DNA of 32,000 bases from Puniceicoccales bacterium (GCA_031288595.1 JAITRB010000016.1:1-32000); one strand, 5' to 3'. Positions 9,109-18,214 are shown, counted from the stretch's first letter. The notes: generated from the letters alone by a model not told the origin. Translations and numbers: made by a program.

Positions 9109-9367
9109 TCTCATTCCGAACTTGCTATCCTGGGTCTTCAATCCCTACACCTGCTGGGTCGCTGTCGTCTGGTCCCTCGTCGGTTCCTACTTCAATGCGA
9201 TGATGCGCATCAAGCTGAGTTACATCATCTGGCTGCCGAGCAATATCTATCTCGTGATCTACAACATCCGCATCGGCCAAAGTGCCCAGGGGGTTCTGTT
9301 CAGCTTCTACCTCTTCTTCAATCTGATGGGGCTGAAAAATACCTTCGGCACCAAGGACAGCCGATAG
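9098..9367 (+). CDS. Small 3-TM membrane protein, PnuC-like (half-size) / SemiSWEET-like
   Basis: 89 aa with three hydrophobic segments. The segment SYIIWLPSNIYLVIYNIRIGQSAQGVLFSFYLFFNLMG resembles the W..N...G...Y...G pattern of the PnuC C-terminal repeat. The start overlaps the upstream ATPase stop by 11 nt. Confidence 0.45.
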   Translation: MEADLIPNLLSWVFNPYTCWVAVVWSLVGSYFNAMMRIKLSYIIWLPSNIYLVIYNIRIGQSAQGVLFSFYLFFNLMGLKNTFGTKDSR

Positions 9368-9576
9368 GCGGAATCCCAGCGAGAGCCTCCTCTTTAGCTT
9401 CTGCCCAAGAGGAAAGGGGAGAGATCTTTCCCGATCTCTGGAGAGCTGAAAGGGATTTCGCTGTCCCATCGAGGCTCATCTCGCTTCCAAACAGGGAAAA
9501 ATACCCCCTTTCTCAGAGGCAAAAAGGGGGAATTCTGTGGGCAGGTAAATTTTTTACATTTTTTTAACTTTCAGCC

Positions 9577-9604
9577 TTGATTTCTGTGAAATCGGTTCTA
9601 GCAT
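9577..9604 (+). promoter_or_regulatory. Candidate sigma70-type promoter (TTGATT, 16 nt spacer, TAGCAT) preceded by an A/T-rich tract
   Basis: -35 TTGATT at 9577-9582 and -10 TAGCAT at 9599-9604. The upstream tract AAATTTTTTACATTTTTTTAAC is very AT-rich for this genome. No protein gene follows on the + strand. Confidence 0.25.
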
Positions 9605-9647
9605 GCCTTCTCTTACCGTAAGGTAGTACGGTTTAGTTAGGGGAGCG

Positions 9648-9681
9648 CGAGTCGACCTTTTTAGGTCGACTCGTCGTTTAT
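9648..9681 (+). terminator. Candidate intrinsic terminator (10 bp stem plus an interrupted T tract)
   Basis: CGAGTCGACC (9648-9657), loop TTTTTA, GGTCGACTCG (9664-9673), followed by TCGTTTAT. The T tract is weak. Confidence 0.3.
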
Positions 9682-9952
9682 ACGGATCAGAGATAATGAT
9701 ACGTATCAGAGACAAAAATCCCATTTTTTTTGGGGAAAAATCTCAGCTTTAGCCAGAGAGGGAATTGCTGGAGAGGAAGGGGACTCTGGGCTGCGCAGGG
9801 AATAAAGATATTTCTATGTAGAGGAACTGCTAGCTCTAGGTGAGGGAGCTGAAAGCAGCCGTGGCGAGGTTTTTTCCCAAAAGACCGCGGCCTCGAGGAA
9901 GAGGTGTTGGGGGAAGAACCTGGAGTGCCTGGAGATCAGCTGATTCCCAGAA

Positions 9953-11176
9953 CTAGGCCTCTTCTCGCCCGAGCACGGCGATGTTCTCGATGTGGCGGGT
10001 TTGAGGAAAGAGATCGACCGGCTGGAGCTCTTGCAGCCGATAGCCATGTCCCAACAAGTCCTTCAAGTCTCGAATCTGCGTGCTGGGCTCACAGGAGATG
10101 GAGAGGATTTTTCGAGGATGGAAGCGGAGCAGTTGTTGTAGAAAGACGGGGTCACAGCCCTTGCGTGGCGGGTCGATGATGACGACGCTCCGGTCAGCCG
10201 GGAAGCGAATTTTTTCAAAAATGGCATCGGCGCTTCCCCGAATGAAGCTCGCATTGCGGATTTGGTTCTTCTCGGCATTATCTCTGGCAAGTGCAACGGC
10301 ATCCTCGTCGATCTCTATCCCCATCACTTCCTGAAAATGGGCCGCTGCGGAGAGCGCGAAAACCCCCACACCGCCGTAGGCATCGATGAGGAAATCCGCC
10401 AGAGGACCTTCGCTTGCCTTTCGGACGATGTACCGGATCATTGGAGGCAGTACCTGGGTATTGTTCTGAAAAAATCCACCAGCGCGAAAGGAGAAAACCA
10501 GTGAATCTATCCTCTGTTCCACGATGCGCCGCGGGTCGCGGCAGACCTGGCCATCGATATCGCGGAAGAGCAGGGTTTGGCCACGGCAGTAAGAGGAGGC
10601 CTTCGAGTGGATTTCCGCCCGTGCCTGGCCGAGAGCTTCGTTGATGGCTTCTGTGGCGATAGGGCAGTGCGGGACATCGATCAGGGCCTGGCGACTGCCT
10701 TTCCGGAGAAAGCCGATGGGGAACTGCGCCGCCTTCGGTCTCTGGAAATGCGGGGTCAGTTTCGTGCGATAGGCCCATTCCCCGCCCGAGAGGGGTAGGG
10801 AAGGCTCGATGTCCGTCCAACTGGAACGGTGGAAGAACTCTCGTACCTGTTGCCGCTTGATCTTCCTCTGCTCCTCATAGGCGATGTGCTGGTATTGGCA
10901 GCCGCCACAGAGGCCGAAGAGCGGACAGAGGGGCTCTCTTCGCTGGGGCGAGGCTTCCAGAACCTTCAGCAGGTCCGCCTCGGAGTAATTTTTATGATTT
11001 TTGAAAATGCGTGCCCGAACGCGCTCACCCCTTAGGACGAAGGGCAGCAGAACGACCCATCCGTTCACCCGTCCGACGCCGAGCCCGAGATTCGTCATGT
11101 TTTCGACCGAGAGCTCGAGCTCTTGATGGTAGGTGAAGGGGATTGGCACAAAATTTCTAGGTGCTTCTTCAGCCAT
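9953..11176 (-). CDS. TRAM-domain RNA (uracil-5-)-methyltransferase, RlmD/RumA/TrmA family
   Basis: TRAM-like N-terminus. Fe-S cysteine cluster CPLFGLCGGCQYQH plus a distal Cys (VPHCPIA). SAM motif DAYGGVGVFALSAA, IIDPPRKG, and catalytic region ISCEPSTQIRDL. Confidence 0.9.
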   Translation of the reverse strand: MAEEAPRNFVPIPFTYHQELELSVENMTNLGLGVGRVNGWVVLLPFVLRGERVRARIFKNHKNYSEADLLKVLEASPQRREPLCPLFGLCGGCQYQHIAYEEQRKIKRQQVREFFHRSSWTDIEPSLPLSGGEWAYRTKLTPHFQRPKAAQFPIGFLRKGSRQALIDVPHCPIATEAINEALGQARAEIHSKASSYCRGQTLLFRDIDGQVCRDPRRIVEQRIDSLVFSFRAGGFFQNNTQVLPPMIRYIVRKASEGPLADFLIDAYGGVGVFALSAAAHFQEVMGIEIDEDAVALARDNAEKNQIRNASFIRGSADAIFEKIRFPADRSVVIIDPPRKGCDPVFLQQLLRFHPRKILSISCEPSTQIRDLKDLLGHGYRLQELQPVDLFPQTRHIENIAVLGREEA

Positions 11177-11252
11177 GATCGGGGATAGGCAAATGTTTAT
11201 CCGGGAGGATACAAGGCAGCTCCTCAGGAGCCCAGCGGTGGCAGTTTTCTCT

Positions 11253-11354
11253 GGCGCGATGGCCCGGTCCCCCAGCGGCTCCGCCGCTGGGGGACCAGGG
11301 CCATCCTCGCTCCGCGAGGATGGCCCCTTTGCTTGGCAAAGGGGCCATCGCGCC
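11253..11354. repeat. Closed multi-hairpin palindromic intergenic element, copy 4 (subfamily B)
   Basis: Outer stem 11253-11265 GGCGCGATGGCCC pairs with 11342-11354 GGGCCATCGCGCC (13 bp, perfect). Hairpin 1: 11266-11279/11283-11296, 14 bp, loop TCC. Hairpin 2: 11298-11310/11314-11326, 13 bp, loop TCC. Hairpin 3: 11327-11332/11336-11341, CTTTGC-TTG-GCAAAG. Confidence 0.85.
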
Positions 11355-11554
11355 CTGCACCGAAGAGCCCTCCGAAGGCGTCCCGAGCTTTGGGCTGACG
11401 CCTAGGATAGTCTTCAGCACTGGAGAGATCTCGATACCCTTTCCTCTTCGGCTAATTTTCCCGGAGTAGGCCTTAGTTCTCCCAGAAAGGATCACCCGCA
11501 TCATCCGACGATGAAGCGGCCTTCAAAGGTATCCGACACCTATCCTGTTAGCTC

Positions 11555-12304
11555 TCAGGCTCCCTCTTCGGCCCATTCGTCCGGAATGTCACCGTTGCTG
11601 TAGACGCTTTTGACATCATCCAAGTCATCTAAACGGTCCAGCATACGGAGGATCTTCTGCGCCGTTTCCCGTTCTGGAACTGGAATCAAACTGTTCGGGT
11701 AGTAGACGATTTCCGACGATGTCGTCTCCACATCAGCCTTCTGAAGCGCCTGAGCCACCTCATCATAAGCCGAAATAGGACATAGGACTTCGTAATACTC
11801 TTCTTCGGATTTGACATCTTCTGCACCGACCGCCAGGACGATTTCGATCAGGCGATCTTCGGATGCCTTGTCCCGGGAGATCAGAAATTGACCCAAACGC
11901 TGGAAGTAAAAGGCCAGGGCACCGGCACCGGCCAGGTTTCCACCCCATTTGGTGAAGACGCTGCGCACTTCGGAAGTTGTCCGGTTCTTGTTATCTGTCG
12001 TGACCTCGACGATGACCCCGATGCCACCAGGGGCATAGCCCTCGTAGATCAGCTCCTCGATGCTTATGCCCGGGATTTCTCCTGTCCCCTTTTGAATCGC
12101 CTTCTTGATATTGTCTGCCGGCATATTGGCAGTTTTAGCCTTGAATATCACGGTCCGCAGCCGCGGATTGAATTCCGGATCCTTGCCCCCGCTGCGCACG
12201 GCTAGAGTGATTTCCTTGCTGAGAAGGCTGAATAACTTCCCTCGCTTGGCATCCACAGCCGCCTTGTGCCGCTTCGTCGTCGCCCATTTGCTATGTCCAG
12301 ACAT
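11555..12304 (-). CDS. yebC: YebC/PmpR family DNA-binding transcriptional regulator
   Basis: MSGHSKWATTKRHKAAVDAKRGKLFSLLSKEITLAVRSGGKDPEFNPRLRTVIFKAKTANMPADNIKKAI is the canonical YebC N-terminus. Length is 249 aa. Confidence 0.95.
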   Translation of the reverse strand: MSGHSKWATTKRHKAAVDAKRGKLFSLLSKEITLAVRSGGKDPEFNPRLRTVIFKAKTANMPADNIKKAIQKGTGEIPGISIEELIYEGYAPGGIGVIVEVTTDNKNRTTSEVRSVFTKWGGNLAGAGALAFYFQRLGQFLISRDKASEDRLIEIVLAVGAEDVKSEEEYYEVLCPISAYDEVAQALQKADVETTSSEIVYYPNSLIPVPERETAQKILRMLDRLDDLDDVKSVYSNGDIPDEWAEEGA

Positions 12305-12332
12305 GCTACGAGTGGAGGAAAGCTAGGAAAAT

Positions 12333-14048
12333 TTAAGCCTTCGGGGAAGAAGATTTTTTCCCCTTTGGGGAAGCAGGATGGATTCTCGTCAGCGGGTGTG
12401 GCGGAATTTCCCCGGCCAATCGCCTCTGCTGAATGATGCTCAGGATATTCTGTACCGTCCAGTAGAGGATGAGTCCGGCCGGTAGGTTGTAGCAGAAGAA
12501 GAGGAAGAGCAGAGGCATCCACTGGAAGAGCCTGCGCTGCATCGGATCCAGCGTTGGGGCAAGGCTCATCCGCATCTGCCAGAAAGTGCTGAGACTCATG
12601 AGCCAGGGAAGGAGGTTGAGCGGGAATCGACCCAGATGGACGAGGGTATCTGGTCGGGATAGGTCGCGGATCCACAGAAATTCCGCGAAGCGCAGGTCTG
12701 TCGCTGTGCGCAGCATGCCATAGAGGCCGAGAAATATGGGAATCTGGATGAGAACCGGCAGGCAGCCGGCAGCCGGGTTGACCTGGTTCTCCTTGAAGAG
12801 CTTCAGAGTTTCGGTCTGCAGCTTCTGGGGCTGTCCCTTGTACCTTTCCCGCAATTGCTTGAGCGGTTCCTGCACCAGGGCCATCTGCTTCGACGAGCGC
12901 ACCTGAGCCCGGGTCAGGGGCCATAGGAGTAGGCGGATGAGGAGGGTCACGGCGATGATGGTCAGTCCCCAGTTCGGGATGAGGCAATGGATCGCCTTCA
13001 TCAGGAGGAGGAGGAGCTTGCTCACGAAGCCGAATAATCCGAACTGCATGACGCGGTCCTGTTCTAGTCCTAGGCGGTCCAGGCGGACGAAATCCTTCGG
13101 TCCGACGTAGAACTCCAGTCCCAAACTCTTCTGTTCCTGTGCTTGAAGCTGGCCCAGCTGGAAGACCAGGCTGCCGGTCATGCCCTCGGAGCTCGGGGAT
13201 TCCGTAGGCCGAAAGAGGTAGCCGGCTGCGGCACTGCTGGGAGTTAGGATGGAGCAGAAGAACTGGTTCTTGAGCGAGCCCCAGCGAATCGTGCCCGTGG
13301 CCCGGATTTCCGCACGAGCCTCCCGTTTCCCAAAACCGAGAAATCCGGAACTCTGAGAAAAATCACCATGGGGGACGAAAAAGGCCTTTTTGCCGTTGAA
13401 GTGGCCGAAGTTCAGGAAATCGCCTGCGAGGTCGCCGGCCGACGAGGGGATTTGTCCCAGCGATAGTTTCAAATCCTGCAGAGCCTGGGGCCTGGGGCCG
13501 CGATTTTCCCAGCGCAGCTGCTGGTGGATGACATAGGGGTCTTCCTTGGGATTATCCGGGTCCGACAGGCGGTAGCTGCGCTCGACGCTCAGGCCGTTCG
13601 GGTAGCGACCGAGGAAGCGCAGCTGCCGCGCGTCCTGGGAAAGTAGCTCGTACTGCGGCCGCTCGCCCGTATGGCCCAGCTGAAGCTCGAGGGCGGGCAT
13701 TGGGGCCCCGTGATTGAAGATGAAGGGTTCCGGAGAGCCCTTTTTAAAGGGATATTTCTTGAGGGCTACCTCCCGAATCGCTGCGCTGGCCAGGTGGATT
13801 TGGACGCGTATCTCCTCGTTTTCCAATGAGAGGCAGGGAGTTGAGAGATCCCAGACGGCTGTTGGACTTTCCAGAGCCGCCTCTGCTGCCGGGGATTCCG
13901 GAAAAAAATCTTCCGCCTGGGTCGTGATTTCGGTGCTGGTGATCTCCGGCTGGAGGGCTGTTGGCCGGACTTGGGCACGCTGGAAATAGATCAGCCCAAA
14001 GGCAGCCGAGAGACAAAGCAGGCCGAGAAAGAAGCTCTTGCGATCCAT
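12333..14048 (-). CDS. yidC: Membrane protein insertase YidC
   Basis: Start taken at the ATG at 14048 (MDRKSFFLGLLCLSAAFGLIYF, an N-terminal TM). A large periplasmic domain follows. The conserved C-terminal core includes WGLTIIAVTLLIRLLLWPL, NPAAGCLPVLIQIPIFLGLY, and LPAGLILYWTVQNILSIIQQ. The track start at 14207 is rejected because that extension is read through repeat copy 5. Confidence 0.9.
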   Translation of the reverse strand: MDRKSFFLGLLCLSAAFGLIYFQRAQVRPTALQPEITSTEITTQAEDFFPESPAAEAALESPTAVWDLSTPCLSLENEEIRVQIHLASAAIREVALKKYPFKKGSPEPFIFNHGAPMPALELQLGHTGERPQYELLSQDARQLRFLGRYPNGLSVERSYRLSDPDNPKEDPYVIHQQLRWENRGPRPQALQDLKLSLGQIPSSAGDLAGDFLNFGHFNGKKAFFVPHGDFSQSSGFLGFGKREARAEIRATGTIRWGSLKNQFFCSILTPSSAAAGYLFRPTESPSSEGMTGSLVFQLGQLQAQEQKSLGLEFYVGPKDFVRLDRLGLEQDRVMQFGLFGFVSKLLLLLMKAIHCLIPNWGLTIIAVTLLIRLLLWPLTRAQVRSSKQMALVQEPLKQLRERYKGQPQKLQTETLKLFKENQVNPAAGCLPVLIQIPIFLGLYGMLRTATDLRFAEFLWIRDLSRPDTLVHLGRFPLNLLPWLMSLSTFWQMRMSLAPTLDPMQRRLFQWMPLLFLFFCYNLPAGLILYWTVQNILSIIQQRRLAGEIPPHPLTRIHPASPKGKKSSSPKA

Positions 14049-14112
14049 CGCCGCCAACACTGAAATCACCTCACCGGAAGGCAAGTGATTTCTCTGTCCT
14101 TCGGTATGCGGT

Positions 14113-14220
14113 GCGCGACGGCCCCTTGTCAGAGCCAAGGTGGACCCCGAGGGGCGCGTAGCGCCCCTCGGGGTCCGCCGTTGGCGCGCGGCGCAGCCGC
14201 GCGTCAACGGGCCGTCGCGC
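14113..14220. repeat. Closed multi-hairpin palindromic intergenic element, copy 5 (subfamily B)
   Basis: Outer stem 14113-14124 GCGCGACGGCCC pairs with 14209-14220 GGGCCGTCGCGC (12 bp, perfect). First hairpin is weak (CTTG...CAAG, 14125-14139). Second hairpin: 14142-14157/14161-14176, 16 bp perfect, loop GTA. Third hairpin: 14183-14192/14196-14205, 10 bp with one G-T, loop GCA. Confidence 0.75.
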
Positions 14221-14233
14221 GAAGAGAAGCCCT

Positions 14234-15691
14234 TTAGCCTCCCTTGGATTCGCGAGCCCAGCGGTAGACCTCCAGGTAGCGCCGCGAGGGATGGGCCCAG
14301 GAGAGCTCAAGGCTCATCGCCCGCCGCTGCATCCGGCCATAGTGCTGGGGGCGGTCGTAGTAGGTGGAACAGGCCCAGCCGATGGCATTGTAGAGCGCCC
14401 CTGCCTCCAGATCCCGAAAGACGAAACCGGTGCCGTTGCCCGTGGATTCGTCGTAGTTCTCCACCGTATCGGCCAGCCCGCCGGTCTCGCGGACGATCGG
14501 CAAAGCGCCGTAGTGCATGGCGTAGAGCTGTGTCAGACCACAGGGCTCGAAGCGGCTGGGCATCAGGACGAAATCGGCGGCGGCCAGCAGTTGATGGGCC
14601 AGGGCTGTGTCGAAAGCGATGAAAGCGCGGCAGCACTGGGGAAAATGGGCGGAAAGCTCTTGGAATCGCGATTCCAAAGCCCGCTCACCCTGGCCCAAAA
14701 TGGCGATCTGCAGGCTCATATGCTGCATCAGATCGGGCAGGATCTGGGCCAGGATGTCCAAACCCTTCTGCTCGCAGAGGCGCGACACGACCGCAAAGCA
14801 GGGCAGGTCGGGCGAACACGCCAATCCCCAGCGCCGCTGCAACTCCTCCTTCGTGCGCCGTTTTCCCTCCGGATGGAAGGGGTCGAAGGGATGCTTTAAA
14901 AAAGGATCTTTTCCGGGATTCCAGAGCTCGGTGTCGATGCCGTTGGCGATCCCGATGAGGTCGGCTGCGCGGGAGCGCAGGATTGGGTCGAGGCCGTGTC
15001 CATAGTCCGCTGTTTGGATTTCCCGGGCATAGCGCGGGCTGACGGTCGTCAACTTCGAGGAGAAGTGCAGGCCCGCCTTGAGCATCTGCACCTGCCCGTG
15101 GGCCTCGACCGCATCGGGACGGAAGAGGGACTGGGGGAGGCCGGCGAAGTCCAGAATCCCTTTCGGCGCATAGCCCTGGTGCTGTAGGTTGTGGATGCTG
15201 AAGACAGAGGCAGCCAGTCCCAATGGCCGGCCGCGCTCCGCCGTCTCCAGATAAACCGGCAGCAGTCCGGCCGTCCAATCATGGCCATGGAGGATCTCTG
15301 GAATCCAGGTAAGCTGGTAGCAGGCATCCAGAACAGCCCGGGTGAAGAAGGTGAAGCGTTCCGGATTGTCCCCGTAGTCGCCCGAGGCATCGGCGTAGAT
15401 CGCCCGTCCCCTGAAATACTGCTCGTACTCGATGAAGTAGAAACGCAGGGATTCGCTTTCCCGCCGCTCCCAAAGCCGCGCATGACGGGTCCCTATGCCC
15501 AGATGCACCTCCAGGGCTGCCGGATGGGCCTCGGGCGAGGCCTGTTCCAAGATACCGTCGTAGAGCGGGAGAAAGATACGGACGTCGTGACCCTCTCGGG
15601 CGATGCTCTGGGCCAGGGCTGCCACGGCATCCGCCAGCCCACCTGTCTGGGCCCAGGGTGCGCACTCCGGAGTGACCATCGCTATCCTCAT
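14234..15691 (-). CDS. glgA: Glycogen synthase (ADP-glucose type, GT5)
   Basis: N-terminus MRIAMVTPECAPWAQTGGLADAVAALAQSIAREGHDVRIFLPLY. C-terminal PSRFEPCGLTQLYAMHYGALPIVRETGGLADTV. Length is 485 aa. Confidence 0.95.
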   Translation of the reverse strand: MRIAMVTPECAPWAQTGGLADAVAALAQSIAREGHDVRIFLPLYDGILEQASPEAHPAALEVHLGIGTRHARLWERRESESLRFYFIEYEQYFRGRAIYADASGDYGDNPERFTFFTRAVLDACYQLTWIPEILHGHDWTAGLLPVYLETAERGRPLGLAASVFSIHNLQHQGYAPKGILDFAGLPQSLFRPDAVEAHGQVQMLKAGLHFSSKLTTVSPRYAREIQTADYGHGLDPILRSRAADLIGIANGIDTELWNPGKDPFLKHPFDPFHPEGKRRTKEELQRRWGLACSPDLPCFAVVSRLCEQKGLDILAQILPDLMQHMSLQIAILGQGERALESRFQELSAHFPQCCRAFIAFDTALAHQLLAAADFVLMPSRFEPCGLTQLYAMHYGALPIVRETGGLADTVENYDESTGNGTGFVFRDLEAGALYNAIGWACSTYYDRPQHYGRMQRRAMSLELSWAHPSRRYLEVYRWARESKGG

Positions 15692-15864
15692 CTCTTTTTA
15701 TTCCGAACCCGCAGCCGGGGAGATTTTAGTCCTACTGTAGTTTAGGTGCCGTTATCTCTCCACGACTGCGCGGAATATTTTAAGAGGCTTTGCAAGTGGA
15801 GACAAGGTTTTTGGGCTAGGGGTCTAGCTATTGCTGTGCATGGAAATTTTTGTTGAAATTGGGG

Positions 15865-18075
15865 ATGTTTTCCGCTTCCCTTTCAGCCATGTCCTGCCAA
15901 TACACGATGGTTTTTTCAAGCGAGGAGAGTGCATCTCCGGTGGCTTCGGGAGCCGAGACGGGGATTCCCAAACCTGAGGCTGCCCCAGCGGTCTCCTCTC
16001 GGGCTTCCGCCCATCCCTTTCTGGACAGATCCTGGCCGATTCTCTGGTCTCAGCTTCGGCCTGAGTATGTGGTGGGGGATATACGCCTAGCCCTTGCGGA
16101 GGCCAGGGCGGACTTGGAGACGCTGGAGCGGATCCCGCTCGAGCAGCTCCACTGGGAGAATACGCTCGAGGAGCTGATCCAGTTCGATCAAAATCTTTCC
16201 GATGCCTGGGCGAAAATCAAGCACCTGAACACTGTCTGCGACTCAGAGGCCCTGCGGGCTGCCTACCTCGAAGTTCTGCCGGAGGTGACACAGTTCTTCG
16301 CCTCTATCCCTTTTCGGCCCAAGCTCTGGAAGCTCATCCAGGGCTATGCGGCTACGGAGGAGGCCGAGAATCTCTCTCCCTTGCGCGCGCGCTACCTACA
16401 GCGAACACTAGAGGCTTTCATCGATAGCGGGGCCGACTTACCTCCGGAGAAGAAGGAGCGGATTCTGGAAATCGAGCAGCGGCTCTCCCAGCTCACGAAC
16501 CAGTTCGGCAAAAATGTGCTGGATGCGAAGAATGCTTGGGCTTGTGAGGCGAGGGTAGAGGAGCTACGCGGACTGCCGGAATCCGTTCTTGAAACGCTAC
16601 CAACCGGTGCATCTCCGGCGACCAGGCGGCTGAGCCTGCAGGCACCTTGTCTGGGTCCCTGCCTGCAGTACCTCGAGAACCGCGAGCTGCGGCAGAAACT
16701 CTGGGAGGCTAATTTGGCCGTCGGTCGGGAGGATCCTTACGACAACCGACCCCTGATTCGGGAAATCCTGGCCCTGCGGGAGGAATATGCCCATATCCTG
16801 GGCGAGAAAACCCACGCTGACTGCGTCCTGCGACGCCGCATGGCCAAGGAGGGGCAGCGGGCACTGTCCTTCATCGAAGACCTTCACCGGCGCGTCGAGG
16901 CATTCGCGCTTCGGGATAGTCGAACCCTGCAGGACTTTCGGGATGAGGAAATGGGGAGTCGAGAAGCCTTGAAACCCTGGGATGCCAGTTTCTGGAGCGA
17001 GAAATTGCGGCAAAAGCTTCATCATTTCGATGAAGAGGCGCTGCGGCCCTATTTCTCCATCGATGTGGTGTTTCAGGGTATGTTCTCCGTCGTACAGAAG
17101 CTCTACGGCATCTGCGTTCGGGAGCGTCGGACCCATGTTGAAGCCGAGGCCGCTGGTCCCGACAGCGTTCCCGTATGGCAGGAGGATGTCAGGTTTTTCG
17201 AGGTCTATGAGGCATCCGGCAACTACATCGGTGCGTTCTACGCGGACTGCTTCCCTCGAGCGAGCAAGCGAAGCGGGGCCTGGATGGATGAGATTATAGT
17301 CAGTCGGCGCGAGCGCGGTGGCTGCTACCGCTATCCCGTCGGCGTCTTCTGCGCTAACCTCAGCCCAGCGGCCCATGGCCGTCCAGCCCTATTGACCCAC
17401 GACGAGGTCGCAACGCTCTTCCACGAATTCGGCCACCTGCTCCACAGCCTCTTCGGGCAAGCGGATATTGCTGAGCTCAACGGAGTCCATGTCGCCTGGG
17501 ATTTCGTCGAACTGCCTTCCCAGCTGATGGAGAATTTCTGCTGGGATCGGAAAAGCCTAGATCTCTTCGGGAGGCATTGCGAAACGGGGGAAAGTATTCC
17601 CGAAAAACTGTTTCAGGCGATGAAATCAGCCAGAAACCACCTCTCGGGCCTATCTATGATACGTCAGCTCTGTTTCAGCCGGCTGGACCTTGAACTCCAC
17701 CAACACTACGCTTCCTATCGGGATGAGCATTGGGAAAAAACGCTACAGGCACTGCTCGCCCCATACCAGCCACCCTGGAGCGTCAACAGCCCGAGCACCG
17801 TGGCGCAGTTCAGCCACATTTTCGACGGCGGTTACGACGCAGGCTACTACTCCTACCTCTGGGCGGAGGTATTGGAGGCAGATGCCTTCGGTGCCTTCGA
17901 GGCCCATGGGGTTCTCGATGCCGGGACGGGCGAGCGCTTCCGCCGATGCATCCTAAGCCAGGGCGACCTGCGCGATGCGGACCAGCTCTTCCGCGATTTC
18001 ATGGGCCGCGATCCGGATCCGACGGCCCTCCTCCGCCGCGAAGGCCTCTGGGAATCAGCGCCGGAGCTGAAGTGA
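15865..18075 (+). CDS. M3 family zinc metallopeptidase (oligopeptidase A / peptidyl-dipeptidase Dcp-like)
   Basis: Zinc motif TLFHEFGHLLH with a downstream E (VELPSQLMENF). The length and the C-terminal GGYDAGYYSYLWAEVL motif are typical of M3A. The start is uncertain: TTG at 15850, or ATG at 15865 or 15889. Confidence 0.9.
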   Translation: MFSASLSAMSCQYTMVFSSEESASPVASGAETGIPKPEAAPAVSSRASAHPFLDRSWPILWSQLRPEYVVGDIRLALAEARADLETLERIPLEQLHWENTLEELIQFDQNLSDAWAKIKHLNTVCDSEALRAAYLEVLPEVTQFFASIPFRPKLWKLIQGYAATEEAENLSPLRARYLQRTLEAFIDSGADLPPEKKERILEIEQRLSQLTNQFGKNVLDAKNAWACEARVEELRGLPESVLETLPTGASPATRRLSLQAPCLGPCLQYLENRELRQKLWEANLAVGREDPYDNRPLIREILALREEYAHILGEKTHADCVLRRRMAKEGQRALSFIEDLHRRVEAFALRDSRTLQDFRDEEMGSREALKPWDASFWSEKLRQKLHHFDEEALRPYFSIDVVFQGMFSVVQKLYGICVRERRTHVEAEAAGPDSVPVWQEDVRFFEVYEASGNYIGAFYADCFPRASKRSGAWMDEIIVSRRERGGCYRYPVGVFCANLSPAAHGRPALLTHDEVATLFHEFGHLLHSLFGQADIAELNGVHVAWDFVELPSQLMENFCWDRKSLDLFGRHCETGESIPEKLFQAMKSARNHLSGLSMIRQLCFSRLDLELHQHYASYRDEHWEKTLQALLAPYQPPWSVNSPSTVAQFSHIFDGGYDAGYYSYLWAEVLEADAFGAFEAHGVLDAGTGERFRRCILSQGDLRDADQLFRDFMGRDPDPTALLRREGLWESAPELK

Positions 18076-18117
18076 TTCGGCCCATGGGGTCGTGGAGAGT
18101 CTTGGGTTTGGGAGTTT

Positions 18118-18214
18118 TGGGTTGGCTTTCCAGAGAGGGGAAAGGACTTCGTCCTTTCCCCTCCCTGCGGCCCGCGCAGCGGGCCTGATGCCTCCGGCAT
18201 TAAAAGCCAACCCA
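18118..18214. repeat. Closed multi-hairpin palindromic intergenic element, copy 6 (subfamily A)
   Basis: Outer stem 18118-18129 TGGGTTGGCTTT pairs with 18203-18214 AAAGCCAACCCA (12 bp, perfect). Hairpin 1: 18135-18147/18151-18163, 13 bp, loop TTC. Hairpin 2: 18169-18175/18179-18185, GGCCCGC-GCA-GCGGGCC. Hairpin 3: 18188-18192/18196-18200, ATGCC-TCC-GGCAT. Confidence 0.85.

Noticed and set aside
12202-12987. 261 aa minus-strand ORF overlapping the yidC 3' part and the yebC start
   Set aside because: It is an alternative frame of the well-supported yidC gene, with Pro/Gly/Ala/Ser-rich low-complexity sequence.
14049-14207. N-terminal extension of yidC (track start at 14207)
   Set aside because: The extension reads through palindromic repeat copy 5 (MTRGCAARQRRTPRGATRP...). 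The ATG at 14048 gives the expected N-terminal TM helix of YidC.
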